Positions 18,294-27,300 of a stretch of 58,054 bases of DNA are shown piece by piece. The DNA is taken from IMG/VR virus record IMGVR_UViG_3300036851_000122, positions 1 through 58,054 of that record, one strand, 5' to 3'. Both the position numbers and the translations under genes were made by a program. Source of the stretch: a virus. Lineage: Duplodnaviria; Caudoviricetes. The first letter of the stretch is position 1. Each line of letters begins with the position of its first letter. The notes under the pieces are model-generated. The model ran no database searches, was not told the origin of the DNA, and saw only the letters and a list, made by a program, of their open reading frames with translations.

Positions 18294-19184
18294 CTACCGC
18301 AAACCAGCCGCCTTCTTGTACGCTTTGCAGAAGGCGTTGTACGCATCTAGGGAACTTTCCCCAGCGTTGAGGATTTCTTCCATACCCCACCAATTCTTGG
18401 CTTCGTAGAGTGGGTTGGGGGCGGTGTAGATCAGCCGACGGATGGTATCTTCTTGTGCTTTACCTTTACCTCCTTCTTTCTTCACTTCGACGTACTGGTT
18501 GTAGAAGAACACGGCGTTGGCCCAACGGCAGACTTGAGCCCAGCTTTCCTTATCCAAGTAGGGGATGTACTTGTCGTAGTTGACCCCGTGAGGATTGCTG
18601 AAGGTCTTCACTTGGCTGTGCCCGAGGACCACTACGTTGATGCCGGCCCGGCGGACATCGTCTAGATCGCTGAGAATATCTGGCCAGTCAGTCTTGGCGG
18701 CGTTCTTGGGGCCAGCCTGGAAGGCGTAGAACCCATCCTTGGACCAGTTGTCCTCGAACTGCTCGTGGCAGTGGTGGTGGAAACAGAGCTTCTCGAAGCC
18801 TGTGAGGGAGTCCAGCACCAGGGATTTGATCTTGAACTTCCCGGTACAGGCATCCGCCAGCAGGTTGCGGGTTTCCTGCCAGTTACCAGCTTCTTCGATC
18901 ATGCGAGGTTTGGGAACACGCTTGAACGTGACCAAGTTGTGGATACCTTGCTCCTGTGGATCGTGGATGAACCCCACGTCAGGGAGGTGTGCCCACATGG
19001 ACGTTTTGCCAATACCGGGGATACCGTGCATGACGATGGTAAAGGGAGGCAGACCGAATAGGCCGTTATCCTGGTCGATGATCAGCCCCTCATCAGGTTT
19101 TGGTGCTCCGTTAGGAGGGGCTTTCCTGTTTGCCGGGGGAGGTGCCCCCTTGCGGATGGGTCGTTGTTGAGTGGTTGTAGCCAT
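18294..19184 (-). CDS. AAA_24 / Sak4-like ATPase (ssDNA annealing)
   Basis: Walker A GIPGIGKTS, LVLDSL Walker B, VVLGHS, YEAKNW. Confidence 0.85.
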   Translation of the reverse strand: MATTTQQRPIRKGAPPPANRKAPPNGAPKPDEGLIIDQDNGLFGLPPFTIVMHGIPGIGKTSMWAHLPDVGFIHDPQEQGIHNLVTFKRVPKPRMIEEAGNWQETRNLLADACTGKFKIKSLVLDSLTGFEKLCFHHHCHEQFEDNWSKDGFYAFQAGPKNAAKTDWPDILSDLDDVRRAGINVVVLGHSQVKTFSNPHGVNYDKYIPYLDKESWAQVCRWANAVFFYNQYVEVKKEGGKGKAQEDTIRRLIYTAPNPLYEAKNWWGMEEILNAGESSLDAYNAFCKAYKKAAGLR

Positions 19185-19222
19185 GTACTTAGTATCCTGA
19201 TAATGGTCGGAGTCGTGGTCGC

Positions 19223-19636
19223 CTAACATACACGTTCCGTTGTGTCAGCTTCAGCAGGTTCCAAATCAGCGAAGCGTGGCAGTCGCTCTTTTACTTGATT
19301 GTAGAGAGTAAGAGGTTCTATCTCTCTACCGTGAGGTTCAATAGCCGTTTTCAATGTCTCTTCCTTAAGGAACCCTAGTTGCACCGCTCGTAGTACAGCT
19401 ATAGTCAACACAAGAGACTGGTTACAGATATACTTATAGAGTATCCAGATTCTCGAGCCGTAGATGCCAAGGGAATCCAGTGCTAGGATCGGCCCAATTC
19501 CACCTAGCATTGAATCTGGGTCTATACGTTCACCTTCCTTTAGAAGGTTAATACAGACATTCAGAGCCCCAGGATTACCCTCGGACATCTTCAGAAGAGC
19601 GGACGTAGGATTGTCATGCAGTTCTATGCGGCTCAT
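19223..19636 (-). CDS. Conserved-type phage hypothetical protein
   Basis: MSEGNPGAL...LDSLGIYGSRIW pattern. Confidence 0.6.
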   Translation of the reverse strand: MSRIELHDNPTSALLKMSEGNPGALNVCINLLKEGERIDPDSMLGGIGPILALDSLGIYGSRIWILYKYICNQSLVLTIAVLRAVQLGFLKEETLKTAIEPHGREIEPLTLYNQVKERLPRFADLEPAEADTTERVC

Positions 19637-19681
19637 GATCTGGTGTCTTTCTGTGGGAGAAGAAGGTAAACAAACCACTGA

Positions 19682-19924
19682 CTAGTCGGTGTCATCCTCT
19701 TTGTCTTCAGTCAGCATTCTGGTAACAAAGATGAGGGCAGCCTTATAAGCGACATCCTCCTCAGTAGTTAGATGAAGAGCAGCAGTCTCCTTTAGAGCCG
19801 CACCTTTCATGTACATTACGTTTTCGATGAGGCAGCTTGCCGTTTTGGCGAGAAGCTCAGAGTTGTCCGTTGGGCCACCAAGATGCATCATTTGTACTTC
19901 GCCCATGCCAGGAATGTGTACCAT
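19682..19924 (-). CDS. Hypothetical protein
   Basis: ACAAGGA RBS and ATG start. Confidence 0.6.
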   Translation of the reverse strand: MVHIPGMGEVQMMHLGGPTDNSELLAKTASCLIENVMYMKGAALKETAALHLTTEEDVAYKAALIFVTRMLTEDKEDDTD

Positions 19925-20034
19925 GTTAATTTCCTTGTGAGTCAGGCGGAAGGGTAATCATTTCTCCTGTGCCTATGTTGAGCTCAATGCCCTGTAAGGC
20001 CAAGAGATGCTGGATAGTAACCAGCGTGCGGAGG

Positions 20035-20190
20035 TCACACGTCAGTAGGTAGTTTACTATTGCCTCCGGGGTTGCAGAAATCAGAGTTTCGGCCATTCGC
20101 TATTCTCCTTAGTTCGGGGAGTATACGGAACTCCAGAATGGCGGAGATAGCAATCAGCATGAGCCAAATTGCAAATTCGCCGCTGGTCAT
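20035..20190 (-). CDS. Small membrane protein
   Basis: MTSGEFAIWLMLIAISAIL, overlapping the stop of the exonuclease. Confidence 0.4.
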   Translation of the reverse strand: MTSGEFAIWLMLIAISAILEFRILPELRRIANGRNSDFCNPGGNSKLPTDV

Positions 20191-21599
20191 CCTGTTAGCT
20201 CCGGGTAAAGGTTCTTGATCTTCTTCAGACCAGCCTGACTGCCAGTAGTCAGGTAGCCAAAGTAGTCGCCTCTGTAGCCCTGTCCGAGGGTGTCGTACAC
20301 TCCCCAGGGGGCTTGGAAGTGGAGGGTGTTGTTCACGGGCAGAGGGGAAAGGCGAGTTATCAGACGTGGACGCCAGGGGTCCGCTGGGTCGGCGGCTATC
20401 CATTCCCACCAGTCGCAGAGGGTTTCCAGGATTGGGTGGAACACGCGGACCTTGAAGCGTTCAATGTCCTCGTCAGTCAGAATGATCTTCCATCGCTTGA
20501 AGTAGTGTTCGGGTTTTTCATCGATCTGGCTGCCAAGTCGTTCGTAGAACTGTTTGGGCGTTTCGGCTACCTTCTGCTTGATGGCGTATCTGTCGGATAG
20601 TGGACGACGGATCACATTATAGAGAACGCCAACGAGAGGGAAGCCTAGTTGAACCGCACCCCGTAAAGCAGTGAAGTCCTCATGGTCTGGTATCCCCTGG
20701 CGAATCATCTCGCGGAGGGCTATTTGGTAGAGACATGTTTGCAGGTTCCTGTCTGTAGTCTTCAGCAAGCCCTCCTCGTCAATTTCACCTTTTGTCTTGT
20801 TTTCCTGATTGGATATTCCCTTTTTGGCTTTAGGCCAGTTAGCCATCCAGGCTTTATAGAGCTCGGAGTCGCGGTTTTTGTGGGGAAAGTCAAGAAGCAT
20901 AATGGCATCCCACTTACCCCGCAGGCGGATGGTCCTTCCGCTAGGAAGGGTATAGGGGACGCAGAACGCCTTCTCCTCCAGCAGGGGCTTACGGCTCTTC
21001 TCGTCGCCGTGGGTCCTCCAGTATTCCAGATAACGGGGGAATTGTTGGAGGGCTACGTTGTACCACTTGTTGATCAACGCTTCGCTTCCTCCGTATGTTT
21101 TGATCAGGTGGTTGTAATACTTCTTGAGGGCGGGCTGCCAGGGATGCCCACCGCAGAAGGCTTCTTCCGCAGCGTGCCAGAGTGAGCCATATTCCATAGA
21201 GTGGTTGAAGCCTTGATCTTCCACGAGGCCGTGGACCACTCGTAGGTAGAAGCGATGGCGGCAGTTGATCCACTTGCTCAGGAGGCTGAAGGTTATCCCG
21301 TCCTCCTGTGGGCCTTTCCAGAGCTTCTGGGTCTTGGTTGGTGTAGAGGTAGGTTGGTTCACCGAGCTCTGGTGCTGGTGGGTTTGACCAAACGTAGACC
21401 TCTCCCCAAGGGTAGGTGGTCCTGGTGTAGTGGAGACCTCCGAAGCAGCCCTCGCTTTTGATTCCCTCTTCCGGCGGGCCAGGCTGGCAGCCAACACCTC
21501 CGACGGTTTGGGGGCTATATGATCCTTCGGTCGTGTGGCCCTTGAGGGCAGGATGCCCGAATGGCTGACTGTTCGGCGTGTTTGGGCTGTTTGGGTCAT
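20187..21599 (-). CDS. PD-(D/E)XK RecB/Cas4-like exonuclease
   Basis: FSLLSKWINC..RFYL, YGSLWH, LRGKWD, ENKT, QTCLY. Confidence 0.8.
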   Translation of the reverse strand: MTQTAQTRRTVSHSGILPSRATRPKDHIAPKPSEVLAASLARRKRESKARAASEVSTTPGPPTLGERSTFGQTHQHQSSVNQPTSTPTKTQKLWKGPQEDGITFSLLSKWINCRHRFYLRVVHGLVEDQGFNHSMEYGSLWHAAEEAFCGGHPWQPALKKYYNHLIKTYGGSEALINKWYNVALQQFPRYLEYWRTHGDEKSRKPLLEEKAFCVPYTLPSGRTIRLRGKWDAIMLLDFPHKNRDSELYKAWMANWPKAKKGISNQENKTKGEIDEEGLLKTTDRNLQTCLYQIALREMIRQGIPDHEDFTALRGAVQLGFPLVGVLYNVIRRPLSDRYAIKQKVAETPKQFYERLGSQIDEKPEHYFKRWKIILTDEDIERFKVRVFHPILETLCDWWEWIAADPADPWRPRLITRLSPLPVNNTLHFQAPWGVYDTLGQGYRGDYFGYLTTGSQAGLKKIKNLYPELTG

Positions 21600-21727
21600 A
21601 GTTGGCTGGCAATCGTAGGTTGTGGAGTTTATTAGCTGGGCAAGGTAGCGTGCTGGCTCCGCGGCACGCAGGGTTTGGACAGCGGTGGGAAAGCCAGATG
21701 TCCTCGCACTTGGGACAGAAGCGATAG

Positions 21728-22420
21728 TCAGGCATCTTTCAACTCCTTCAACGCTTTGAGAGCGTCTCCCATGTTGAGCAGCCAACGCTTCTCCTGGAGG
21801 GACTGGGAAGAAAGAGCCTCGTTGCGGAGGATGGCTGCCGGGTGCAGGAACGTCCGTAAGGGTATCTGTAGTTTGAGTTTGGCGTAGTAGCGTTCAGCTA
21901 TGTTGCCGAGACAGATGACCATCTTGGGCTTGGCGATTTCTATCAGTTGGGCCAAGCGGGGACGACAGGCGGCTGCTTCGTCTTTGGTAGGTGGGCGGAT
22001 GGAGCCGCTACCCAAGGCTTCCTCATCTGGTTGGATGGGAATGCAGGCGACTATGTTGGTGATACCAATCTTACAGAGAGCACAAGGACAACCGCAAGCA
22101 GAACACTGGTTGGAATACACAGTCCTCCCGCAGAGGCTACACTCAGGCGGGCAGTCCTCGTAGGGGGCCATGAGGGCAGAGTTCAGCAGCTTATCGAAAT
22201 ACTTGCCCGCCTCTCCGATGAAGGGGTAGCCGATAGCGTCCTCACCCTCGCCGGGGGCTTCTCCAATGAACAGGATGTCGCAGGGCAGGTAGCCTCGAAA
22301 GAGGACCACCTTCTTGCGGGTTTGGCAAAGTTGACAGAGTTGGCAGTCGAACCAGGAAACCTCGTGGTTGAGAAAGGCGGTGTGAACCTTCTTGTCTGCG
22401 AATGAGACGTAGTCGAGCAT
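21728..22420 (-). CDS. Uracil-DNA glycosylase family 4 (Fe-S) with a Cys-rich insertion
   Basis: CQLCQL, FIGEAPG..ED..G.PF.G.AG, TNIVACIP, HPAAILR. Confidence 0.9.
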   Translation of the reverse strand: MLDYVSFADKKVHTAFLNHEVSWFDCQLCQLCQTRKKVVLFRGYLPCDILFIGEAPGEGEDAIGYPFIGEAGKYFDKLLNSALMAPYEDCPPECSLCGRTVYSNQCSACGCPCALCKIGITNIVACIPIQPDEEALGSGSIRPPTKDEAAACRPRLAQLIEIAKPKMVICLGNIAERYYAKLKLQIPLRTFLHPAAILRNEALSSQSLQEKRWLLNMGDALKALKELKDA

Positions 22421-22422
22421 CT

Positions 22423-22812
22423 TTATCTCCGGTTGGAGTAGTAATCAGAGTATAAGCCATCACCTGTTCCTGCATGAGGAATATCTTCAAGGTCCACTTC
22501 TATCTCTTTAGTGAGCCAGCACTCCCACATTCCTTGAATAATAGTGATCGCTAGAGTGCCAAAGAAAGCAACTCCAGCAGTTCCGGCTATCAAGCAAGCG
22601 AAAGCACCGCAGAATTGGTCTATGAAATCTGGGTCGGAGTCCGGAACAAGAGAAGGCAGTTTCCAGCCGAAGTAGATGAGACCAACCAGATAGGAGAAGC
22701 CTACAATCGTCCAACCGATTCCTTTCCAGTTGAGAACACGGATAGTAACCTTATCTTCTTTCAGTGGTTTTCCAATGTCTGTCATTTTACACGTCCACAA
22801 TTTTGAGTCCAC
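22423..22812 (-). CDS. Two-TM membrane protein
   Basis: Two hydrophobic segments. Confidence 0.5.
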   Translation of the reverse strand: MDSKLWTCKMTDIGKPLKEDKVTIRVLNWKGIGWTIVGFSYLVGLIYFGWKLPSLVPDSDPDFIDQFCGAFACLIAGTAGVAFFGTLAITIIQGMWECWLTKEIEVDLEDIPHAGTGDGLYSDYYSNRR

Positions 22813-23122
22813 GGGCGGCTAGGAACTCCTCACAGACAGTGTAGAAGTCTGCGGAGTGTACAACCAGAATACAGCCGGGGATGTCTCTACGGAACAGCCC
22901 CACAACAGCGGTGCGACCCTCTGCCTTCGCTTTCTCGCGGCTATCCTGGCAGAGGGTCATTATGGGCAGACCCTTGGAGTATTTGCTGTCGAGGAACAGC
23001 TTGGGGTGGAGGCTGTCGTCCCTTCCCGTCTTGCTGTTTCCCCCGCTTAGCGGACGGCGGGTGCTTCCGAAGAGTTTGGCGAGAGTCTCCTCCTTCCGCT
23101 TCCAGGTTTTGGATGAGCTCAT
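22787..23122 (-). CDS. Putative Holliday junction resolvase (PD-(D/E)XK type)
   Basis: WK..E..LAK, R.PLSG, D..H..LF.D.K pattern. Confidence 0.6.
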   Translation of the reverse strand: MSSSKTWKRKEETLAKLFGSTRRPLSGGNSKTGRDDSLHPKLFLDSKYSKGLPIMTLCQDSREKAKAEGRTAVVGLFRRDIPGCILVVHSADFYTVCEEFLAARGLKIVDV

Positions 23123-23615
23123 CGGTGGTTTTCCGCTTCTTCGGTGGAAGTATAGGCGTCATGGCCAATGGACCACGGCTAATAGCAGCAACAGTTGGAC
23201 CGCTGGCGGCTTTCTGTGGGGAAAAGGCAGAAGCTGGAGCAGGCCGCAGAACCTCATGACCCAGAACCCTAAACACGGGACGTCCATCTTGGTCAACAGA
23301 CATGAGCTTCGCGTCCGTCACACGGAGTACAGGCTCCTGAGGGCGGTTCATCCGTGCGAGGTTTTCCAGGGGGACGCCCTTCCCGTAGCCCTCAAAGCAC
23401 AGGGAGCAGACTTTGAGCTCCTTGGCGATTTCCTTGCGGGTAGCAGTTCCATCGTGGACACGCAGTTGTTCCTTACGGTAGCCGAAGCCGGGAACAAAGC
23501 GGTCAACCATTGCCAGGCGAAACTTGGGAACTTCCAGCTCCCTGTAAATACGAATTAGGAGGGCTGGCCCTTTGGCGGAGTGGACGCGGTCGCAGACTTG
23601 GCAGCAGTAGCACAC
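22941..23615 (-). CDS. Hypothetical Cys-containing protein
   Basis: CQVC...CSLC; 3' end overlaps the resolvase. Confidence 0.4.
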   Translation of the reverse strand: MCYCCQVCDRVHSAKGPALLIRIYRELEVPKFRLAMVDRFVPGFGYRKEQLRVHDGTATRKEIAKELKVCSLCFEGYGKGVPLENLARMNRPQEPVLRVTDAKLMSVDQDGRPVFRVLGHEVLRPAPASAFSPQKAASGPTVAAISRGPLAMTPILPPKKRKTTDELIQNLEAEGGDSRQTLRKHPPSAKRGKQQDGKGRQPPPQAVPRQQILQGSAHNDPLPG

Positions 23616-23929
23616 GGTTTTGGTCCCGAATGGTTGTTAGCCGAACGGGATGCAGGAGTGCGGATCTGACCTACGTAGAACATGACAATATGCTCTACGG
23701 TTGGGAACATACTTACGCGGATGCCAGCTTTAGTGGCTTCCTTACGGAGACGGTTTTCCATGGACTCGGAGCTGCACGTGTAGTCAACTCCGCGGACTAG
23801 CTTGAGGCCCTTGCCAGCTTGGAAGTCCGTTTCTTTGCGTGCTTTCTCGAACCAGGAAGCGATGGGGTACTTGCTCGACACCCGACCGCGAGGTTTGGGC
23901 CTCTTAAAGTTTTTGATGATCTGGGGCAT
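23555..23929 (-). CDS. Basic hypothetical protein, possible DNA-binding regulator
   Basis: RGR..KYP..WF, LVRGVDY; first gene of the leftward operon. Confidence 0.55.
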   Translation of the reverse strand: MPQIIKNFKRPKPRGRVSSKYPIASWFEKARKETDFQAGKGLKLVRGVDYTCSSESMENRLRKEATKAGIRVSMFPTVEHIVMFYVGQIRTPASRSANNHSGPKPCATAAKSATASTPPKGQPS

Positions 23930-24032
23930 GTTGCACAATAAACTCTAAAGGAGCGTCTAGGGTTCCAGCTTTTCCACCACAGGGCGGGCTACTCTGCAAG
24001 AGAGAATCACCGTCTTGGACGCATCTACGAAC

Positions 24033-24081
24033 GGGGGGTCATCAGGTAAAGCTGATGTCTGGCCTTACGGCTTGAGCCCCC
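24033..24081 (-). ncRNA. Small three-way-junction RNA element
   Basis: GGGGG/CCCCC enclosing GCC-GTAA-GGC (GNRA loop) and CATCAG/CTGATG. Confidence 0.4.
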
Positions 24082-24111
24082 AACCCCTTTACAGGCTGGG
24101 CCTCCCAAAGT

Positions 24112-24194
24112 TGGCGGTACGGAAGTCCGTGGTGTGGTCACGCTGCGGAGTGGAACCTGACAGACCGCCTACCTACAGGCGGGACTTCCGTACC
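24112..24194 (-). ncRNA. CCA-ended structured RNA with a 13-bp terminal helix
   Basis: GGTACGGAAGTCC/GGACTTCCGTACC perfect stem followed by GCCA; internal CGCCT/AGGCG hairpin. Confidence 0.55.
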
Positions 24195-24196
24195 AA

Positions 24197-24327
24197 GGAT
24201 GCCGAAGGGGACTCGAACCCCCACACCCTCCGTAAGCGAGGTTGCAAGACCTTTAGGTCTGTAACCAGGAAGGCCCTGAGGCCACCTGCCGCTGGGAGGT
24301 ACACTGCCAATTGTGTTACCGGCATCC
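24197..24327 (-). ncRNA. tRNA-like RNA with a 63-nt insert replacing the anticodon loop
   Basis: Acceptor ATGCCGG/TCGGCAT, TA, D arm ACAC-AATTGGCA-GTGT, anticodon stem CCTCC/GGAGG, T arm GGGGG-TTCGAGT-CCCCT. Confidence 0.8.
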
Positions 24328-24604
24328 GTTGCATTCGCGTGGTTCTGTGGCTGACATCTCTACTTCATTAGACTTCCTCCTATGGGGTATGTGGGTGGTT
24401 GCTGTTGCTGCCAACCCCCAGCCTACCAGCAGAGGGCAGGGGGCAAGCTAGGGGTGGCGTTTATTAGCGTAAAGCATTGGCGGGTAAGGGTTTGTGGCAA
24501 ACTTGGCGGGTGTGCTTGTGCTGGCAGCCCCTATACGTATATATTGGGTGGCAAGTGCGGGGTGGCAGTGTGCTGCCTCAGAGTTTAACACAAGGAGTTT
24601 GGAC

Positions 24605-24958
24605 ATGGCTACGAATCGTGTGAAGGGTTACTGGTTGCAGATTAAGGAGATTCAACAGGAGAAGGGCTGCACGAAGGAGGAGGCCCAGGCGTGGTATAAG
24701 TCGCAGAAGAATGGAGCAGTTCCGGCAGAGAAGAAGCCTGTGGGAAAGAGCTTCCAAAACACGTTTGACCATCCTGGCGTGGTGGTCGAGTTCGCAGAAG
24801 CCAAGTTGCAGGAAATAGGGGATCAGGTTCGACTGTTGGAACTCCAACTAGAACAGCTTCGTTCCCAGGTGGCTGGTTGGGACCGGATTGCCAAGTCACT
24901 GGTTGACGACTCCAGCCCGGCGGCCATTGAGGCAGCCTACAGTCGAGCGGCCAAGTAG
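24605..24958 (+). CDS. Hypothetical coiled-coil protein
   Basis: ACAAGGAG RBS, MATNRV start. Confidence 0.65.
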   Translation: MATNRVKGYWLQIKEIQQEKGCTKEEAQAWYKSQKNGAVPAEKKPVGKSFQNTFDHPGVVVEFAEAKLQEIGDQVRLLELQLEQLRSQVAGWDRIAKSLVDDSSPAAIEAAYSRAAK

Positions 24959-25013
24959 CCAACACCACAACGGCGGGGGTGTGAGCCCCGCCTCTTTTGT
25001 AAGGAATAGTTAG

Positions 25014-25388
25014 ATGTCTGATAAATCTTTGATGAACCTTTGGGCCAGCTTTCTGGCAAATCACAAGCTTACAGCAGAACGAACAGGTAACTTGGAAGTC
25101 CTGCTGAGCTTGTGTAAACTTCTGGCAGCTATAGAAGGGCCGAAGGTAAAGCCACATACGGCTCGTCTGAGAAGTAGAAGACTAGTTTGCCTAACAGCTA
25201 TGGAAGCTGGAATCGACCTTACAGCCCTGAAGTGCCATGGGAAAGTAGCTATGGCACGGGGGCTGTTGGATATGTGGAACGCTTGCTACCAAGAACGCTA
25301 CGGTGGAACCTATGGAACCGCTCGAGCGAAGGAAGTTTCGCGTCGTGGCGTTAAGACCAAGTTGGCAGAACGTAACATGGAGGTCTAA
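25014..25388 (+). CDS. Hypothetical protein
   Basis: AAGGA RBS, operon context. Confidence 0.55.
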   Translation: MSDKSLMNLWASFLANHKLTAERTGNLEVLLSLCKLLAAIEGPKVKPHTARLRSRRLVCLTAMEAGIDLTALKCHGKVAMARGLLDMWNACYQERYGGTYGTARAKEVSRRGVKTKLAERNMEV

Positions 25389-25390
25389 CA

Positions 25391-25621
25391 ATGGTTCAGA
25401 TTGTCAGTACCGAGTTTGTGCCCGACGTCAGGGAACTTGGGCGGCTGTTCGTCAGCGATACAAACGGGTGGCAGTGGCCTGAGGACCAGTTTTCCAGTCT
25501 CCCCATACGACAGGCAATAGCTGCCAGGAAGAAGTTGCAGGAACAGGCGGCCAAGAAGTCGAGTGCGTTCTACAAGAAGAGATATCGTAGGCGTAAAGCC
25601 AGAAAGACAGGCAGGCGGTGA
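25391..25621 (+). CDS. Basic hypothetical protein
   Basis: GGAGG RBS, Arg/Lys-rich C-terminus. Confidence 0.55.
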   Translation: MVQIVSTEFVPDVRELGRLFVSDTNGWQWPEDQFSSLPIRQAIAARKKLQEQAAKKSSAFYKKRYRRRKARKTGRR

Positions 25622-25677
25622 TCTCTGTGGGGGAAGGGAAGAAGTGGTAACATCCACATTTCACAAGGAAGACAGTC

Positions 25678-27270
25678 ATGCAGAAAACAGCAGTCAAACC
25701 ACGAAACCGACCCAGCGTCCTCGAAGGTGGGCTTTCAGACGAGGCGGTTAAAGCCATGCGGGGGAAGATACGGCCGGAGCCGCTAGGAGGGCATCCGCAG
25801 AAGACGGTAGTCAGAACGAAGCCAGCAAAGCGGGAGCGAGTGTACAAGGAGGTTACGGCCACCGTGCGGCAGGGGAAGAATGCCCTGACGGTCGAAGAGG
25901 CAATGGAGCTAATTGGTTGGACCCCGGTAGATGAAGGGGAGTTCCACCTGCGGGACATCCACGGGGTGAAGGTATTTCTGAAGAATAATGCCACCAACCG
26001 TCCATTTAGGGATGGGCTGGCTAAACGGTATGCCAGCGAGATTCTACGTAACAAGTGGAAGCTCAACGGGGAGACGATGGTCTTCGACTGGTTCGGAGAC
26101 GCACAGTCCTGCCAGCACCGTTTGGTGGCGTTCATTCTGGCAGAACAAATGCGAAGGGAGGATGTTGGCAAGAAGGGCGGCGGGCAGGGCTGGAAGGATA
26201 AGTGTAAGGTTTACTGGGGACATGGCGGCCCGTTGACTATGGAGGTCATCCTAGTGCGGGGAATCAACCCCAGCCCGGAGGTTATCGACACGTTGGACCT
26301 TGGACAGAAGCGTACGCTGGGGGACCTGTTCTACAGGGAGGAAAGGTTTGCCGGCCCTTCTTCTGTGGAGGAAGAGAAGCAGAACGGAAAGCAGATGGCC
26401 ACGCCCAGAGTGTCCACCTCCACACGCAGGCAGTTGTGCAACATCCTAGCCAATGCCACGAGACTGGTTTGGCTGCGGGCGGGGGGTAAGTCAATTAGCG
26501 ATGCACCACACTTCCCCCATAGCGAAGCGTTGGATTTTATTAACGCACACAAACGTATTGAAGACTGTATCCTCTATATCTGGGGACTAGAAGGTGGTAT
26601 GGGGAAAGGGGGCAAGCATATTTCCAGGTTCCTCAGCCTAGGGTATGCGGCTGGGTTGCTATATCTGATGTCCACCAGCACCACCGAGCCGGATGACTTT
26701 GTGGAAAAAGGTGTGGAAGCCCTAGACTTCAAGCTGGAAAAGAAAGCAAAGGAGTTCTGGGCCAAAGTGGCCAGTGGAGCAAAGCTAGAAACAGGAGACC
26801 CGATCCTAGTGTTGCGGGAAGCACTGCCCAAGGTGGATGCTGGTAGCGGGTTGGGTAGGGATGAAATCGTGGGAATGGTCATCAAGGCGTTCAACCTCTG
26901 GGTGGATGGCCAGAAGAAGGTGCAGGATAAAGATGTAGCCATGAAGAAGCGGACGGATGACCTGGACCGCCCCAAGCTGGCGGAGGAGCCGAGGCTGGGT
27001 GGCATTGATGTGGCCGGTCCGGAGAAGCCCGATCCGTTGGACATTTTGACGGTGGACGATAATAGGGAGGGGCACCAGCAGCGGAAGGACAAAACGTGGT
27101 CGGAGGGGGATACCTGTTGGGTGCGGGATGCGGATGGGGAACACTGGTTCGGAACGATTGACGAAGTGGTGAAGGGTCCGTCAGGAACGGTAGCCAACAT
27201 TACGGATGTTGATACAGGCATCCAGTGGGAAGAGGCGTTGAAGAATCTGTGGTTGAAGTATCCAGGTTAG
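25678..27270 (+). CDS. ParB/Srx-like (DGQHR-type) domain protein
   Basis: N.TNRP....RYA..I....W.LNGE...FD.....SCQHRL.A, a variant of DGQHRL; D.G.KRTLGD. Confidence 0.7.
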   Translation: MQKTAVKPRNRPSVLEGGLSDEAVKAMRGKIRPEPLGGHPQKTVVRTKPAKRERVYKEVTATVRQGKNALTVEEAMELIGWTPVDEGEFHLRDIHGVKVFLKNNATNRPFRDGLAKRYASEILRNKWKLNGETMVFDWFGDAQSCQHRLVAFILAEQMRREDVGKKGGGQGWKDKCKVYWGHGGPLTMEVILVRGINPSPEVIDTLDLGQKRTLGDLFYREERFAGPSSVEEEKQNGKQMATPRVSTSTRRQLCNILANATRLVWLRAGGKSISDAPHFPHSEALDFINAHKRIEDCILYIWGLEGGMGKGGKHISRFLSLGYAAGLLYLMSTSTTEPDDFVEKGVEALDFKLEKKAKEFWAKVASGAKLETGDPILVLREALPKVDAGSGLGRDEIVGMVIKAFNLWVDGQKKVQDKDVAMKKRTDDLDRPKLAEEPRLGGIDVAGPEKPDPLDILTVDDNREGHQQRKDKTWSEGDTCWVRDADGEHWFGTIDEVVKGPSGTVANITDVDTGIQWEEALKNLWLKYPG

Positions 27271-27272
27271 TA

Positions 27273-27289
27273 ACACACACACACACACA
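27273..27289 (+). repeat. (AC)8 microsatellite directly before an RBS
   Basis: acacacacacacacaca followed by GGAG. Confidence 0.9.
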
Positions 27290-27300
27290 GGAGAATGAAC

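Noticed and set aside
20989-21735. 248-aa ORF with an N-terminal CxxC
   Set aside because: It mostly overlaps the exonuclease in another frame and is low complexity. A short real Zn-finger portion cannot be excluded.
24033-24060. Hammerhead ribozyme suggested by CTGATGA on the minus strand
   Set aside because: No downstream stem II-GAAA core, and the CTGATG is paired in a hairpin
24197-24327. tmRNA or ordinary tRNA
   Set aside because: It has a full D stem, no tag ORF and is too short for tmRNA; there is no 7-nt anticodon loop
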